64,000 nucleotides of DNA from a candidate division Kazan bacterium GW2011_GWA1_50_15 (GTDB taxonomy: Bacteria > Patescibacteriota > Kazan-3B-28), in assembly GCA_001029795.1 (NCBI GenBank), contig CP011216.1, positions 70,903 to 134,902 of the forward strand, written 5' to 3'. Below, piece by piece: positions 1 through 8,946 of the stretch. The notes beneath the pieces were generated by a model. The model ran no database searches and was not told where the DNA came from. It saw only the letters and a program-made list of their open reading frames with translations. Numbering within the stretch: position 1 is the stretch's first letter; each line of letters opens with the position of its first letter. The translations under genes were made by a program, and so were the position numbers.

Positions 1-51
1 GAGGGGGTTTTCTTGTATAATAAGGATATCTTGCATTGTTGGGAGGTTGCG

Positions 52-102
52 ATGAGACTTAAATATCCTTGGTTCCCTAGGGCGTTTGGGCCGTCGTCGT
101 AA
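52..102 (+). CDS. Candidate 16-aa small ORF (MRLKYPWFPRAFGPSS)
   Basis: TATAAT at 16-21, SD GGGAGG at 41-46, ATG 52, TAA 100-102; terminator downstream. Confidence 0.3.
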   Translation: MRLKYPWFPRAFGPSS

Positions 103-146
103 TGTTTCTCTACTGCGTCAGTTGTCCTTTTTGTTGGAGCTCCTAA
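102..146 (+). CDS. Candidate 14-aa Cys-rich small ORF (MFLYCVSCPFCWSS)
   Basis: ATG overlaps the previous stop (TAATG); CxxCxxC pattern. Confidence 0.2.
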   Translation: MFLYCVSCPFCWSS

Positions 147-162
147 GACATAGTGTGAATGG

Positions 163-191
163 TCCCCTCACCACGGTGAGGGGATTTTTTT
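163..191 (+). terminator. Intrinsic terminator
   Basis: TCCCCTCACC-AC-GGTGAGGGGA followed by T7. Confidence 0.8.
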
Positions 192-204
192 ATGCTATAT
201 TGCA

Positions 205-275
205 AGTATCCTAGGTGCGGACGTTGTTCCTTTCGGAACAGGGTCGCTGGCGTTGGCCACGCGACCCTCTTTTTT
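205..275 (+). ncRNA. Candidate small RNA with two hairpins ending in a terminator
   Basis: -10-like TGCTATATT upstream; TGTTCC/GGAACA hairpin, then AGGGTCGC...GCGACCCT plus T6; no ORF. Confidence 0.3.
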
Positions 276-320
276 GCGTTGACAGACAGAGGTAATCCTA
301 CCAATATAGTGGGGTACCTG

Positions 321-403
321 TCCCGTTAGAAATCACCTATCGGGATGATCGGAAGGAGTATAAAAGTAAGTCATATATTCGCTAGGTTGATTTTCTAACG
401 GGA
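321..403. mobile_element. Small TIR element (TCCCGTTAGAAA...TTTCTAACGGGA) abutting the tig start codon
   Basis: Imperfect ~20-bp terminal inverted repeat; same termini at 39051-39188. Confidence 0.65.
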
Positions 404-1689
404 TGCAAATCCAAAAAGCAGCGGGAAAAGACAATCAGATAAGGTTGACCATCTCCTTGGATAGCTCCGAGTGGGAACAAATGTTGGATAGGGCTGCGGC
501 CAAGGCTTCGGCTGGAGCTAAAATCCCGGGTTTTAGAGAAGGTAAGGCTCCGCGAGAGGTGGTGATCACTCATGTGGGAGAGGCTAGGGTGGTGAGTACG
601 GCGATAGAACTAGCCGCAGAGGAGTTCTATCCCAAAGCCGCCAAACAGGAGGCTTTGCGGCCAATCGCTTTCCCAAAAATAAGCGTGGATAAGGGCAATT
701 TGACGGAACCGCTTATGTTTACAGCGGAAGTGGCGGTTATGCCCGAGGTAAAGTTGGGGGACTACTCCAAATTAAAGTTGGCCAAAACAGTTGAGCCGGT
801 CACGGATGAACAGATCGATGAGGTATTGAAGTCGATGCAAAAGCGCGCGGTGGAGTTTCAGCCGGTAGAGCGAGAAGCTAAGTTAGGCGATTGGGCGGAG
901 ATAGACTTTGAGGGTTTTGTGGAGGGCCAACCGTTTGAGGGTGGCTCGTCAAAGAAGCATCCGTTAATTTTGGGTGATAAGTTATTTATTCCTGGATTTG
1001 AGGAAGGGTTAGTGGGGATGCGCGCTGGCGAGGATAAAGATGTCGAGGTGGAGTTTCCAAAAGATTATCATAATAAAGACTTGGCGGGGAAACCGGCCAA
1101 GTTCAAAGTCAAACTACATCAAGTCAAGGCAGTTAACTATCCAGATATTGATGACGCATTCGCCAAAAAATCTGCCAACATGGAGACATTAGCAGATCTC
1201 AAGACGGACGTGAAAAAGTTTTTAGAGCAAGAGAGCAACAGAAAAGCCGATGACAAGATGCGCGAAGACGCCATTATGGGCTTAGTTAAGATGACTACAG
1301 TGGATATTCCCAAGGAGATGGTGGATCAAGAGCTGCACAATATGGTGCACGATTTGAAGCATCAGACCGAACATTCCGGGATGACATTTGAGGACTATTT
1401 AAAGCGGGCGGGAGTGAATGAAGAAGGGCTGAAGAACCAATGGCGAGACCAAGCTGAACAACGAGTGCGGGCCGGGTTGGCTTTAGAAGCTTTCCGTGAG
1501 GCTGAAAAGATCGAAGCGGACGACGCGGCGGTGGGTGAAGAGATTAAACGGATCAAGGCCCAATACCCGCAAAGTGCCGAGGATATCGACAAAGAATACG
1601 GCAATGAGCGGGGGAGAGGACGGTTGAAGCAGATGCTCTCTTCCAGAAAAGCTGTCGATAGGCTAATAGAAATAGCAACGGCTGAGTAG
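403..1689 (+). CDS. tig: Trigger factor
   Basis: IPGFREGKAP ribosome-binding motif, FKBP domain (IDFEG, FIPGFEEGL), 428 aa. Confidence 0.97.
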   Translation: MQIQKAAGKDNQIRLTISLDSSEWEQMLDRAAAKASAGAKIPGFREGKAPREVVITHVGEARVVSTAIELAAEEFYPKAAKQEALRPIAFPKISVDKGNLTEPLMFTAEVAVMPEVKLGDYSKLKLAKTVEPVTDEQIDEVLKSMQKRAVEFQPVEREAKLGDWAEIDFEGFVEGQPFEGGSSKKHPLILGDKLFIPGFEEGLVGMRAGEDKDVEVEFPKDYHNKDLAGKPAKFKVKLHQVKAVNYPDIDDAFAKKSANMETLADLKTDVKKFLEQESNRKADDKMREDAIMGLVKMTTVDIPKEMVDQELHNMVHDLKHQTEHSGMTFEDYLKRAGVNEEGLKNQWRDQAEQRVRAGLALEAFREAEKIEADDAAVGEEIKRIKAQYPQSAEDIDKEYGNERGRGRLKQMLSSRKAVDRLIEIATAE

Positions 1690-1723
1690 TATACTGGAGC
1701 CGTGTAGTACCTAATTTGTTGCC

Positions 1724-2875
1724 ATGAAGTTTGTATATGTGATTGTCGGTCTCGGTTTGCTGGCTGGGGTTGGTTATGCTAGCTACTACTACGGTACTAG
1801 CCGAGGAGTTTATCCAGCGCCGGATAACACAGCTAACATCTATACCAACACCACCACTCCGAGCGTGCCGTCAATAAATTTGAACGACTTCAGTAGCAAC
1901 ACAGCTACATCGCCGGCTAATACACAAACAACTACACCGCCCGCCAATACTTATGCGGGAGCAACCTACATTACGGTCAGCTCGCCAGCGAACGGAGAGA
2001 TCCTGACCTTTGGTCATCCGTCAGATCAGTCATCCAGCTATACCTTTCGGGGGACGGTATCGCCCAATGCCACCAAAATCATAGTGTCGATGTATTCTAC
2101 TGGATATTGGGATGGGTTAGACGGTACGAGCTACGAAAAGAAACTAGACGAGTACACGTTATCTAAATTCAAGCCAGGTGATACCAGTTGGTCATACGTA
2201 GTGAGTGCGCAATATAACAATCTGGTGGGCGATAACGCGAGATTGGTGGCAAAAGCGTACTTTACAGGCGGCAGCATTAAGCAGGCTGAAGTGAGAGTGA
2301 CTTACTCCTACACCGATGCCGAAATGGGCAAGCCGGTAATTTACCTTTACCCAACTAGTACTCAACAGGTAGTTGTGAATGTGAAACCGACTTCGGGTAT
2401 CTCTTACAGTGAACCAGTTATCAGTGCTAACGGTTGGCGGGTCACGGCGCAACCCGATGGTACGCTGACTGATGCTAGCGGGCAGACTTGGCCATATCTC
2501 TTTTGGGAAGGATTCGCGACTGACTTTGCTACACCAAAAGAAGGTTTTGTAGTGGAACAAAGCGAAGTGTCCCAATTCTTTAGCAACAAATTGTCGCAGC
2601 TTGGTCTGAACACCACAGAGATCGCTGACTTCAAGGAATTTTGGCTACCGCGGCTAAGCGATAAACCATACTACTTCATCACATTTATTCCGCAAGCGGC
2701 GTTTGATAGTTATGCGCCATTAACTGTGATACCTACTCCACAGACAGTTATCAGGGTATTCTTTGACTATTGTGGGCTCGATCAGCCGATGGTGGTCGCT
2801 CCGCAGATATTACCGCCAACCCCAGCCCGAGTCGGATTTACGGCAGTTGAATGGGGAGGCCGCCTCTATCGCTAA
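1724..2875 (+). CDS. Membrane-anchored hypothetical protein with T/P-rich linker and C-terminal KPVIYLYP-type domain
   Basis: N-terminal TM helix; KPVIYLYP, YLFWEG and VEWGG motifs. Confidence 0.75.
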   Translation: MKFVYVIVGLGLLAGVGYASYYYGTSRGVYPAPDNTANIYTNTTTPSVPSINLNDFSSNTATSPANTQTTTPPANTYAGATYITVSSPANGEILTFGHPSDQSSSYTFRGTVSPNATKIIVSMYSTGYWDGLDGTSYEKKLDEYTLSKFKPGDTSWSYVVSAQYNNLVGDNARLVAKAYFTGGSIKQAEVRVTYSYTDAEMGKPVIYLYPTSTQQVVVNVKPTSGISYSEPVISANGWRVTAQPDGTLTDASGQTWPYLFWEGFATDFATPKEGFVVEQSEVSQFFSNKLSQLGLNTTEIADFKEFWLPRLSDKPYYFITFIPQAAFDSYAPLTVIPTPQTVIRVFFDYCGLDQPMVVAPQILPPTPARVGFTAVEWGGRLYR

Positions 2876-2876
2876 G

Positions 2877-3746
2877 ATGCGGCGGACAGAATCTAACTAT
2901 ACTTGGAACCTGTGGATAGCGGGGCTAGTTGTAGTTGGACTACTCGTAGTGGCTAATGGTCAGCCGCCAGTACCGGTCTATCCATTCCAAGCGCTGAATT
3001 GGCAGTGGATTTTGGACTTGCCGGGGCAGGACCCGATCGCCGCGGGGGTGCAGGCGGCCATCTTGCCGCATGACTCAATTTCTATAAAGGAGTTAACTGC
3101 GTTCTATCGCGGCCTTGCGGCGGCGGTTCAGCCAAGATTTGTGGTGATATTAAGCCCTAACCACTACGATGCTGGTCGAGCCAATATTCAGACGACCAGT
3201 CGGGTTTTTATGACTGCCGATGGCCGGGCTCACCCGGATTGGTCGCTGGTTGGACAACTCCGAGCACGAGGGTTGGCTGGCAGTGAAGGGGATAGTTTTA
3301 CAAAAGAGCACGGCATCACTGCGCAGGTCGAATATGCGAAGCGATTCTTCCCGGAAGCAAGGTGGTTACCATTGATTTTCAAATCAACGGCAACGCCAGC
3401 CGAGGTAGATGCGGTGATGCGGTGGTTGGAGCAGACATTGCCGGCTAACCAGACCCTAGTTTTAGCCAGCATCGATTTCTCGCACTATCTGACCAAAACG
3501 CGGGCCGATATCAACGATACCAAAACCTATCGTCAAATTCAGACTATGGATGTGAACCAGTTGCCAACGAGCGATATTGAATGTGAATTCTTGGATTCTC
3601 CAGCCGCCCTGCGGGCGGTTGTGGCGTATGCGCATAGTCGGGAGTTAAATCGTTTGACCCTAGTGCGCCGTGATAACACGGCTGACATTCGGGGCGAACC
3701 CAACCTGGTCTCGACCACCGGTCACCTCTATATCACCTTCAGCTAG
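2877..3746 (+). CDS. MEMO1/AmmeMemoRadiSam protein B-like protein with N-terminal TM
   Basis: ILPH, ILSPNH, EHG and ASIDFSHY motifs; start taken at ATG 2877. Confidence 0.8.
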   Translation: MRRTESNYTWNLWIAGLVVVGLLVVANGQPPVPVYPFQALNWQWILDLPGQDPIAAGVQAAILPHDSISIKELTAFYRGLAAAVQPRFVVILSPNHYDAGRANIQTTSRVFMTADGRAHPDWSLVGQLRARGLAGSEGDSFTKEHGITAQVEYAKRFFPEARWLPLIFKSTATPAEVDAVMRWLEQTLPANQTLVLASIDFSHYLTKTRADINDTKTYRQIQTMDVNQLPTSDIECEFLDSPAALRAVVAYAHSRELNRLTLVRRDNTADIRGEPNLVSTTGHLYITFS

Positions 3747-3793
3747 CCCAGTAGGGTATAATGGCTCTGTATAGGAGTTAACCATTTACCGAC

Positions 3794-4390
3794 ATGAGCT
3801 TAATCCCAATGGTGATCGATAAATCCCCGATGGGGGAGCGGGCGTACGATATTTATTCCCGTCTTCTTAAAGACCGCATTATTTTTATTGGTGGGCCGAT
3901 TGATGACAATATGGCCAACTCGGTTATTGCTCAACTACTGTTTTTAGAGAGCGAAGACCCCAAAAAAGATATTTCGCTCTACATCAACAGCCCCGGAGGT
4001 TCGGTTTCCGATGGGATGGCGATCTATGACACAATGCAGCACATCAAGCCGGACATCAACACGATTTGCGTAGGGATGGCGGCTTCGATGGGCGCGGTCC
4101 TGTTGGCTGGTGGCTCACATGGTAAGCGGTTCGCATTGCCTAACTCGCGAGTGATGATCCATCAGGTACTGGGCGGGGCGCAAGGTCAGGCCAGCGATAT
4201 CGAGATCCATGCCAAGGAGATCTTAAAGTGGAAGAGCAAATTGAATGAGATTTTAGCTAAGCATACCGGACAGGAACTGGCCAAGATAGAAAAAGACACC
4301 GACCGCGACTTCTTTATGGAAGCAATGGATGCCAAGAGTTACGGATTAGTGGACGCAGTGTTGGAGAGTACGCCTCTAGTTAAGAAATAG
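3794..4390 (+). CDS. clpP: ATP-dependent Clp protease proteolytic subunit
   Basis: [29 protein letters not shown]. Confidence 0.98.
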   Translation: MSLIPMVIDKSPMGERAYDIYSRLLKDRIIFIGGPIDDNMANSVIAQLLFLESEDPKKDISLYINSPGGSVSDGMAIYDTMQHIKPDINTICVGMAASMGAVLLAGGSHGKRFALPNSRVMIHQVLGGAQGQASDIEIHAKEILKWKSKLNEILAKHTGQELAKIEKDTDRDFFMEAMDAKSYGLVDAVLESTPLVKK

Positions 4391-4398
4391 CGCCAGCT

Positions 4399-5265
4399 AT
4401 GGAGGTGGTTACTAACATTTTTGATGGGTTAATGGGGCAGGCTCGGGCCAAGGCATTTTTGGGTGCGGCTTTTGCTAATGATAAATTGCCTCAGACGATG
4501 ATATTCGTGGGGCCTAAGGGCGTGGGTCGGAAGACCACAGCGACGATGTTGGCGAGGGCCGTGCATAATAACCCCCAAAAAAATCACCCCGATACTTTTA
4601 TGTTCGCGGATGTGCTGGAAGAATTGCGGGCGCAGGACCAGGCGGGGCCAATGCGAGCCGCCACTGACGCGTTGATCAAGTTTTTAAGTCGATCGCCGAT
4701 CGCTTCGCGATGTAAGGTAGCGATTATTGAAAATGCTGAAGATTTGAGCGAGGCTTCGCAAAATGCACTTTTAAAAACTCTCGAAGAACCGTTAGGGGAC
4801 AGTCTGCTGATCTTGACCGCTGAAGACGAGCAGCGGATGTTGCCGACCATTACCTCTCGAGCCGTTCCAGTAACATTTACGCCGTTGACTGATGGTGAAA
4901 TGAAACAAGCGCTACCACAAATCGGCGATGCGATACTCTTGGCCGCTCAAGGCAGTGCGGGTTGGGCTAAGTTGATGATGGAGCAGCCAGAGCGATGGAA
5001 CGAAGAGAAGTCTATAGCCAACTTTTGGCTACAAGTTTTTGAGAGCACTACAGAGGAGAGGTTTCGGTGGGCTGAAACGATGCGTGAGCGAGAAGACGCG
5101 ATCAGGTTTTTGCGTAGTGGGTTACGCGTGTGGCACCAAGAGTGGTTGAAGCAACCCGATATAACATCGGGGTCTCGGCTAGCAAGACTACAACAGACCG
5201 TTATGCAGGTGCGGGACAATGTGAACCCCAGGGTAGCGATGGAGGCGCTATTGCTGGGAGTCTAA
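4399..5265 (+). CDS. holB: DNA polymerase III delta-prime subunit
   Basis: GPKGVG degenerate P-loop, NALLKTLEEP, LPTITSR. Confidence 0.85.
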   Translation: MEVVTNIFDGLMGQARAKAFLGAAFANDKLPQTMIFVGPKGVGRKTTATMLARAVHNNPQKNHPDTFMFADVLEELRAQDQAGPMRAATDALIKFLSRSPIASRCKVAIIENAEDLSEASQNALLKTLEEPLGDSLLILTAEDEQRMLPTITSRAVPVTFTPLTDGEMKQALPQIGDAILLAAQGSAGWAKLMMEQPERWNEEKSIANFWLQVFESTTEERFRWAETMREREDAIRFLRSGLRVWHQEWLKQPDITSGSRLARLQQTVMQVRDNVNPRVAMEALLLGV

Positions 5266-5345
5266 CCAATCTATCCAATTTATTCCAATCTAACCAAAAG
5301 GACACCTGCGAATTGGTGTGTAGATTGGTGGGATTGACTAGATTG
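5261..5345. repeat. ~9-nt periodic direct repeats (TCTAACCAA-like) followed by an inverted set
   Basis: TCTAACCAA TCTATCCAA ... TCTAACCAA then TAGATTGG...TAGATTG. Confidence 0.55.
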
Positions 5346-5416
5346 CTCTTGTGGGGCTTATCTGGACTGGAACACCTTTTCTGATATACTGGGCTGGTTA
5401 AAGAAGGGACTTTTTT

Positions 5417-5989
5417 ATGTGGGAAATAGTTGTTTTTATAGCAACCGTAGCGGCTCTGATCATGGTCTTGAGAAAGCTCCCGGTAGACGCCGAGACCACT
5501 TTTAAGGAGACGGGCAAGAAATCGGAGACCCAAGAGAAGAGTTTGCGGGTGCAGGCCGATGAGCTGTTCGAGCAGGGCGAACCAAAAAAGGCCGAAGCGG
5601 CCTATCTGAAATTGTTGTCCAAAGAGCCCAACGATGCATCACTGTTCAACAAACTAGGTCTGATCTATTTGGAAAGTAAGAACTACAAAGACGCGAAAGC
5701 GGCGTTGTCGGCAGCGTTGAAGATCGAGCCGGAGAACGATACCTTTTACAACAATCTAGGACTGTTGTACTACGAGATGGAGGACTACGACGCGGCGATC
5801 GAGGCGTATGAAAAATCTGTCTCCATCAACGACAAGATCGCGTCTAGGCTGGTAAATCTGGGGCTGGCGTACTTTATGAATAAGAAGTATCGTAGAGCGG
5901 CTGACAGTTATGAGAAGGCGATCATCTTAGATCCCAGAAACGAAAACTACATTGAACTTTTAAAAAAAGCGGAAGAGAAACTCAAATAG
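5417..5989 (+). CDS. Membrane-anchored TPR protein
   Basis: N-terminal TM; about four TPR units (NKLGLIY, NNLGLLY, NLGLAY). Confidence 0.9.
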   Translation: MWEIVVFIATVAALIMVLRKLPVDAETTFKETGKKSETQEKSLRVQADELFEQGEPKKAEAAYLKLLSKEPNDASLFNKLGLIYLESKNYKDAKAALSAALKIEPENDTFYNNLGLLYYEMEDYDAAIEAYEKSVSINDKIASRLVNLGLAYFMNKKYRRAADSYEKAIILDPRNENYIELLKKAEEKLK

Positions 5990-6062
5990 TGTTTAGTAGT
6001 CAGTATTTAGTATCTAGGAGAGATTATTTTAAATACTAGTCCCTAGATGCTAGATACTAGAT
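5987..6062. repeat. Heptamer array (TAGTATT-like) plus inverted heptamer array
   Basis: TAGTGTT TAGTAGT CAGTATT TAGTATC ... AAATACT AGTCCCT AGATGCT AGATACT. Confidence 0.65.
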
Positions 6063-6065
6063 GAT

Positions 6066-6141
6066 GCCGACGTAGCTCAGTTGGTAGAGCAACCCCATGG
6101 TAAGGGGTAGGTCGGCGGTTCAAATCCGCCCGTCGGCTCCA
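6066..6141 (+). tRNA. tRNA-Thr(GGT)
   Basis: GCCGACG/CGTCGGC acceptor stem, anticodon loop ATGGTAA, GGTTCAAATCC, encoded CCA. Confidence 0.95.
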
Positions 6142-6177
6142 TACAGAATTAAAAATTTAATATCTCTAGCGTCATCT

Positions 6178-6263
6178 GCCGAGGTTCCCGAGTGGTCAAA
6201 GGGAGCAGACTGTAAATCTGTTGGCGCAAGCCTTCGTAGGTTCGAATCCTACCCTCGGCACCA
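6178..6263 (+). tRNA. tRNA-Tyr(GTA)
   Basis: GCCGAGG/CCTCGGC acceptor stem, loop CTGTAAA, long variable arm, CCA. Confidence 0.95.
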
Positions 6264-6341
6264 TAAACCGATATAAGACAAAAAGTGGTTTATGCCATGT
6301 ACTCGAGCATTAGCGAGCAGTACTGTGGCTATAATGAAAAT

Positions 6342-6617
6342 ATGTACTATGTGTATGTCTTGCAAAGTAAGACCGACCGAGATTTTTATATTGGCTTTAT
6401 TCAAGACATTAAACGCAGGTTGTATGAACATAAGGTAGGTAAAAATGTTTCGACCAAGAGCAGGGGCCCTTGGACACTAATATATTTCGAAGGGTTTATT
6501 GATAAGTTTGATGCATTGCGTCGTGAGAGCTATATGAAGATAACAAAGGGACATGCTATGTTGAAGATGATTTTAAGGGAATATCTATTAAAGCAAGCCG
6601 GAGTAGCTCAACGGTAG
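6342..6617 (+). CDS. Small GIY-YIG nuclease family protein
   Basis: YYVYVL...FYIG, RRLYEH, ALRRE; TATAAT 6330-6335 just upstream; stop codon lies inside the next tRNA. Confidence 0.85.
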   Translation: MYYVYVLQSKTDRDFYIGFIQDIKRRLYEHKVGKNVSTKSRGPWTLIYFEGFIDKFDALRRESYMKITKGHAMLKMILREYLLKQAGVAQR

Positions 6618-6671
6618 AGCAACGCTTTTGTAAAGCGAAGGTTGGGGGTTCGATTCCTCTCTCCGGCTCCA
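6597..6671 (+). tRNA. tRNA-Thr(TGT)
   Basis: GCCGGAG/CTCCGGC acceptor stem, loop TTTGTAA, GGTTCGATTCC, CCA. Confidence 0.93.
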
Positions 6672-6837
6672 TGTCGTCAAAATGGACTCGCCTTGACACT
6701 GGCTTAACTAGGCTAAGCCAGCTGCTGGGGCTCGTCATTTCTCCTCTCAAAATCACAAACAGAAGCTTAGTTCGTGATTTTGGTTAAAGGGAAGCCCTGC
6801 TTGACAGCAGAGGAGGGATATTTAATAATCTCCAGGT

Positions 6838-7263
6838 ATGGCTAAAAAGGTAAAAGCAGTTGTGAAGATCCAATGCGAGGCGGGACGTGCCAACCCGGCT
6901 CCTCCTGTTGGCACGGCTCTCGGTCCCCACGGGATCGCGATCATGGATTTCTGCAACCAGTACAACGAGCAGACCAAGAGCTTAATGGGACAGGTCATCC
7001 CGGCCGTGGTAACTATCTATGAGGATAGGACCTTTGATTTTATCTTAAAACAGGCGCCGGCCTCGGAACTGATCAAGAAGGCCATCGGTTTGGACAAGGG
7101 TTCTGGCGTGCCGAACAAACAGAAGGTGGGCAAAATTACCAAAGCCCAACTTAGAACAATCGCCGAGCAAAAGATGCCGGATTTGAACGCGAATGATGTT
7201 GAGGCGGCGATGAAGATCTTGGCGGGGACTGCGCGACAGATGGGGGTCGAAGTGACCGACTAG
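6838..7263 (+). CDS. rplK: 50S ribosomal protein L11
   Basis: [19 protein letters not shown]. Confidence 0.98.
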   Translation: MAKKVKAVVKIQCEAGRANPAPPVGTALGPHGIAIMDFCNQYNEQTKSLMGQVIPAVVTIYEDRTFDFILKQAPASELIKKAIGLDKGSGVPNKQKVGKITKAQLRTIAEQKMPDLNANDVEAAMKILAGTARQMGVEVTD

Positions 7264-7277
7264 TTATAAACTAGGTG

Positions 7278-7374
7278 GTCATCCTCGAGTCGAAAGTGAA
7301 ACGTCTCGACATCGGGGATCCAGAAATTAAAAAATAGTGTTTTTGTCTGGATTCCGGATCAAGTCCGGAATGAC
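7278..7374. repeat. REPIN-like paired palindrome (GTCATCC...GGATCC / GGATTCC...GGAATGAC), family 3
   Basis: Two short hairpins in inverted arrangement; related copies at 10596, 21629 and 22900. Confidence 0.7.
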
Positions 7375-7400
7375 AGATACTGATTATTTATATTCTTTGA

Positions 7401-7440
7401 GGTGGGAGTTCGATTAGTCTTCGGACGTCAAGACCACGCA
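7401..7440 (+). promoter_or_regulatory. Putative L1 autoregulatory leader
   Basis: GTGGGAG...AGACCAC stem just upstream of the rplA RBS, resembling the L1 binding site. Confidence 0.55.
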
Positions 7441-7450
7441 GGAGAAGAAG

Positions 7451-8248
7451 ATGGCAGAGAAAAAGACAACTGCTAAAAAAGCAGTTAAGAAGTCGGAAGC
7501 ATTAGAGAGCAAGCCAGCCAAAGAGCGGAAACCGAAAGTGCAATTAAGTCCGCCAGCCGGCGGAGGGCACGGCAAGAAATATCTGGCCGTTTTGCCGAAG
7601 GTGGACAAAAATAAATTTTATCCGGTAGCGGAGGTGATCCAACTGGTGAAGGAGACCTCACCGGTCAAGTTCGACGCGACCGCTGAATTGCATCTGCAGA
7701 TGGGTTTGGACCCGAAAAAGTCCGAGCAGAACATCCGCGGAACCGTCACACTACCAGCCGGTACCGGCAAACAGCCGAAAATTCTAGTGCTGGCCGAAGC
7801 GACTGACACTAAAAAGGCCGAGGCGGCCGGCGCCGATTTTGTGGGTCTGGAGGATATGATCGAGAAGATCCAAAAGGGCTGGTTGGGATTTGATGTGGTC
7901 ATCGCCACGCCGGCCGTGATGCCCCAGCTAGGCAAGTTGGGCCAGACATTGGGGACCAAAGGACTGATGCCTAACCCTAAATCTGGTACCGTTACCACTG
8001 ATGTGGCTAAGGCAGTGGAGGAATTCAAAAAGGGGAAAGTCGAGTTTCGCTTGGATAAGGATGCCATTATCCATATGGGTTTCGGTAAGGTCTCGTTTGC
8101 GGCTGAAGATCTGCAGGCCAACCTCAACGCAATCCTGGGAGCTGTGCGGGCGGCCAAGCCCAGTAGTGCTAAGGGTACCTACATCAAGAAACTGTCTCTC
8201 TCGAGTACAATGGGGCCGGGAATAAAAATCGATTTGAACTCCGTTTAG
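7451..8248 (+). CDS. rplA: 50S ribosomal protein L1 with Lys-rich N-terminal extension
   Basis: KFDATAE, GLMPNPKSGT, STMGPG. Confidence 0.97.
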   Translation: MAEKKTTAKKAVKKSEALESKPAKERKPKVQLSPPAGGGHGKKYLAVLPKVDKNKFYPVAEVIQLVKETSPVKFDATAELHLQMGLDPKKSEQNIRGTVTLPAGTGKQPKILVLAEATDTKKAEAAGADFVGLEDMIEKIQKGWLGFDVVIATPAVMPQLGKLGQTLGTKGLMPNPKSGTVTTDVAKAVEEFKKGKVEFRLDKDAIIHMGFGKVSFAAEDLQANLNAILGAVRAAKPSSAKGTYIKKLSLSSTMGPGIKIDLNSV

Positions 8249-8252
8249 GTTT

Positions 8253-8461
8253 TGCAACGCCTGCGCCGCGTTGCATCGGCGGCTACTTTCGTCTTGGCGA
8301 AAGTAGCCAAAGCCGTCCGCCAGTCATTCTGGCTATGAATGGAAGCAAAATTAGCTTTCTGGCTTTCGGCGAACTCGTCGTCCGTCAGCTGACGGACTTC
8401 TCAAACAACGCCTTCGCTGCACTAATTTTGCTAATTCAGGACGCCAGAACTCCAATGGCGG
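8253..8461 (+). repeat. Structured ~200-nt element, family 1, copy A
   Basis: P1 TGCAACGC/GCGTTGCA, pseudoknot CGCC/GGCG, GCTACTTT hairpin, CAAAGCCG, TTTCTGG, AACTCG...CTCAAACA. Confidence 0.8.
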
Positions 8462-8494
8462 TGTCCTCGGGCGGGGATGATATAATGCAGAGTC

Positions 8495-8926
8495 ATGAGA
8501 GTTAGAATAACGCGAATCGATAAGACCTTGCCCCTGCCGATATACAAAACCGCTGGCGCGGCTGGATTTGATCTGATCACCCGTGAGGATACAGTGATCC
8601 GGCCGGGTGAGATAACACGTATCCCTTGTAACATGATCGTACAGACACCGCCTGGGTATATGCTGCTACTGACGATGCGGAGTTCAACACCGAGTAAGAA
8701 ACCGGGGTTAATTAAACCGCATAGTGTTGGGATAGTGGATTCGGACTACTGCGGGCCGGAGGATGAATTGAAGTTCCAAGTTCAGAATGTCGGTGATCAG
8801 AATATTACAGTCGAGCGGGGCGAAGCGATCGGACAGGGAATTTTTGTGAAGATCGAGCAAGTCCAGTTGTTGGAAGTTGAACAGACCGCGGCGGTGAGCC
8901 GGGGCGGATTTGGCAGTACGGGATAA
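8495..8926 (+). CDS. dut: Trimeric dUTP diphosphatase
   Basis: AGFDL, GIVDSDYCG, RGGFGSTG. Confidence 0.95.
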   Translation: MRVRITRIDKTLPLPIYKTAGAAGFDLITREDTVIRPGEITRIPCNMIVQTPPGYMLLLTMRSSTPSKKPGLIKPHSVGIVDSDYCGPEDELKFQVQNVGDQNITVERGEAIGQGIFVKIEQVQLLEVEQTAAVSRGGFGSTG

Positions 8927-8946
8927 CTAGCCAAAGGAGGTCGGTT

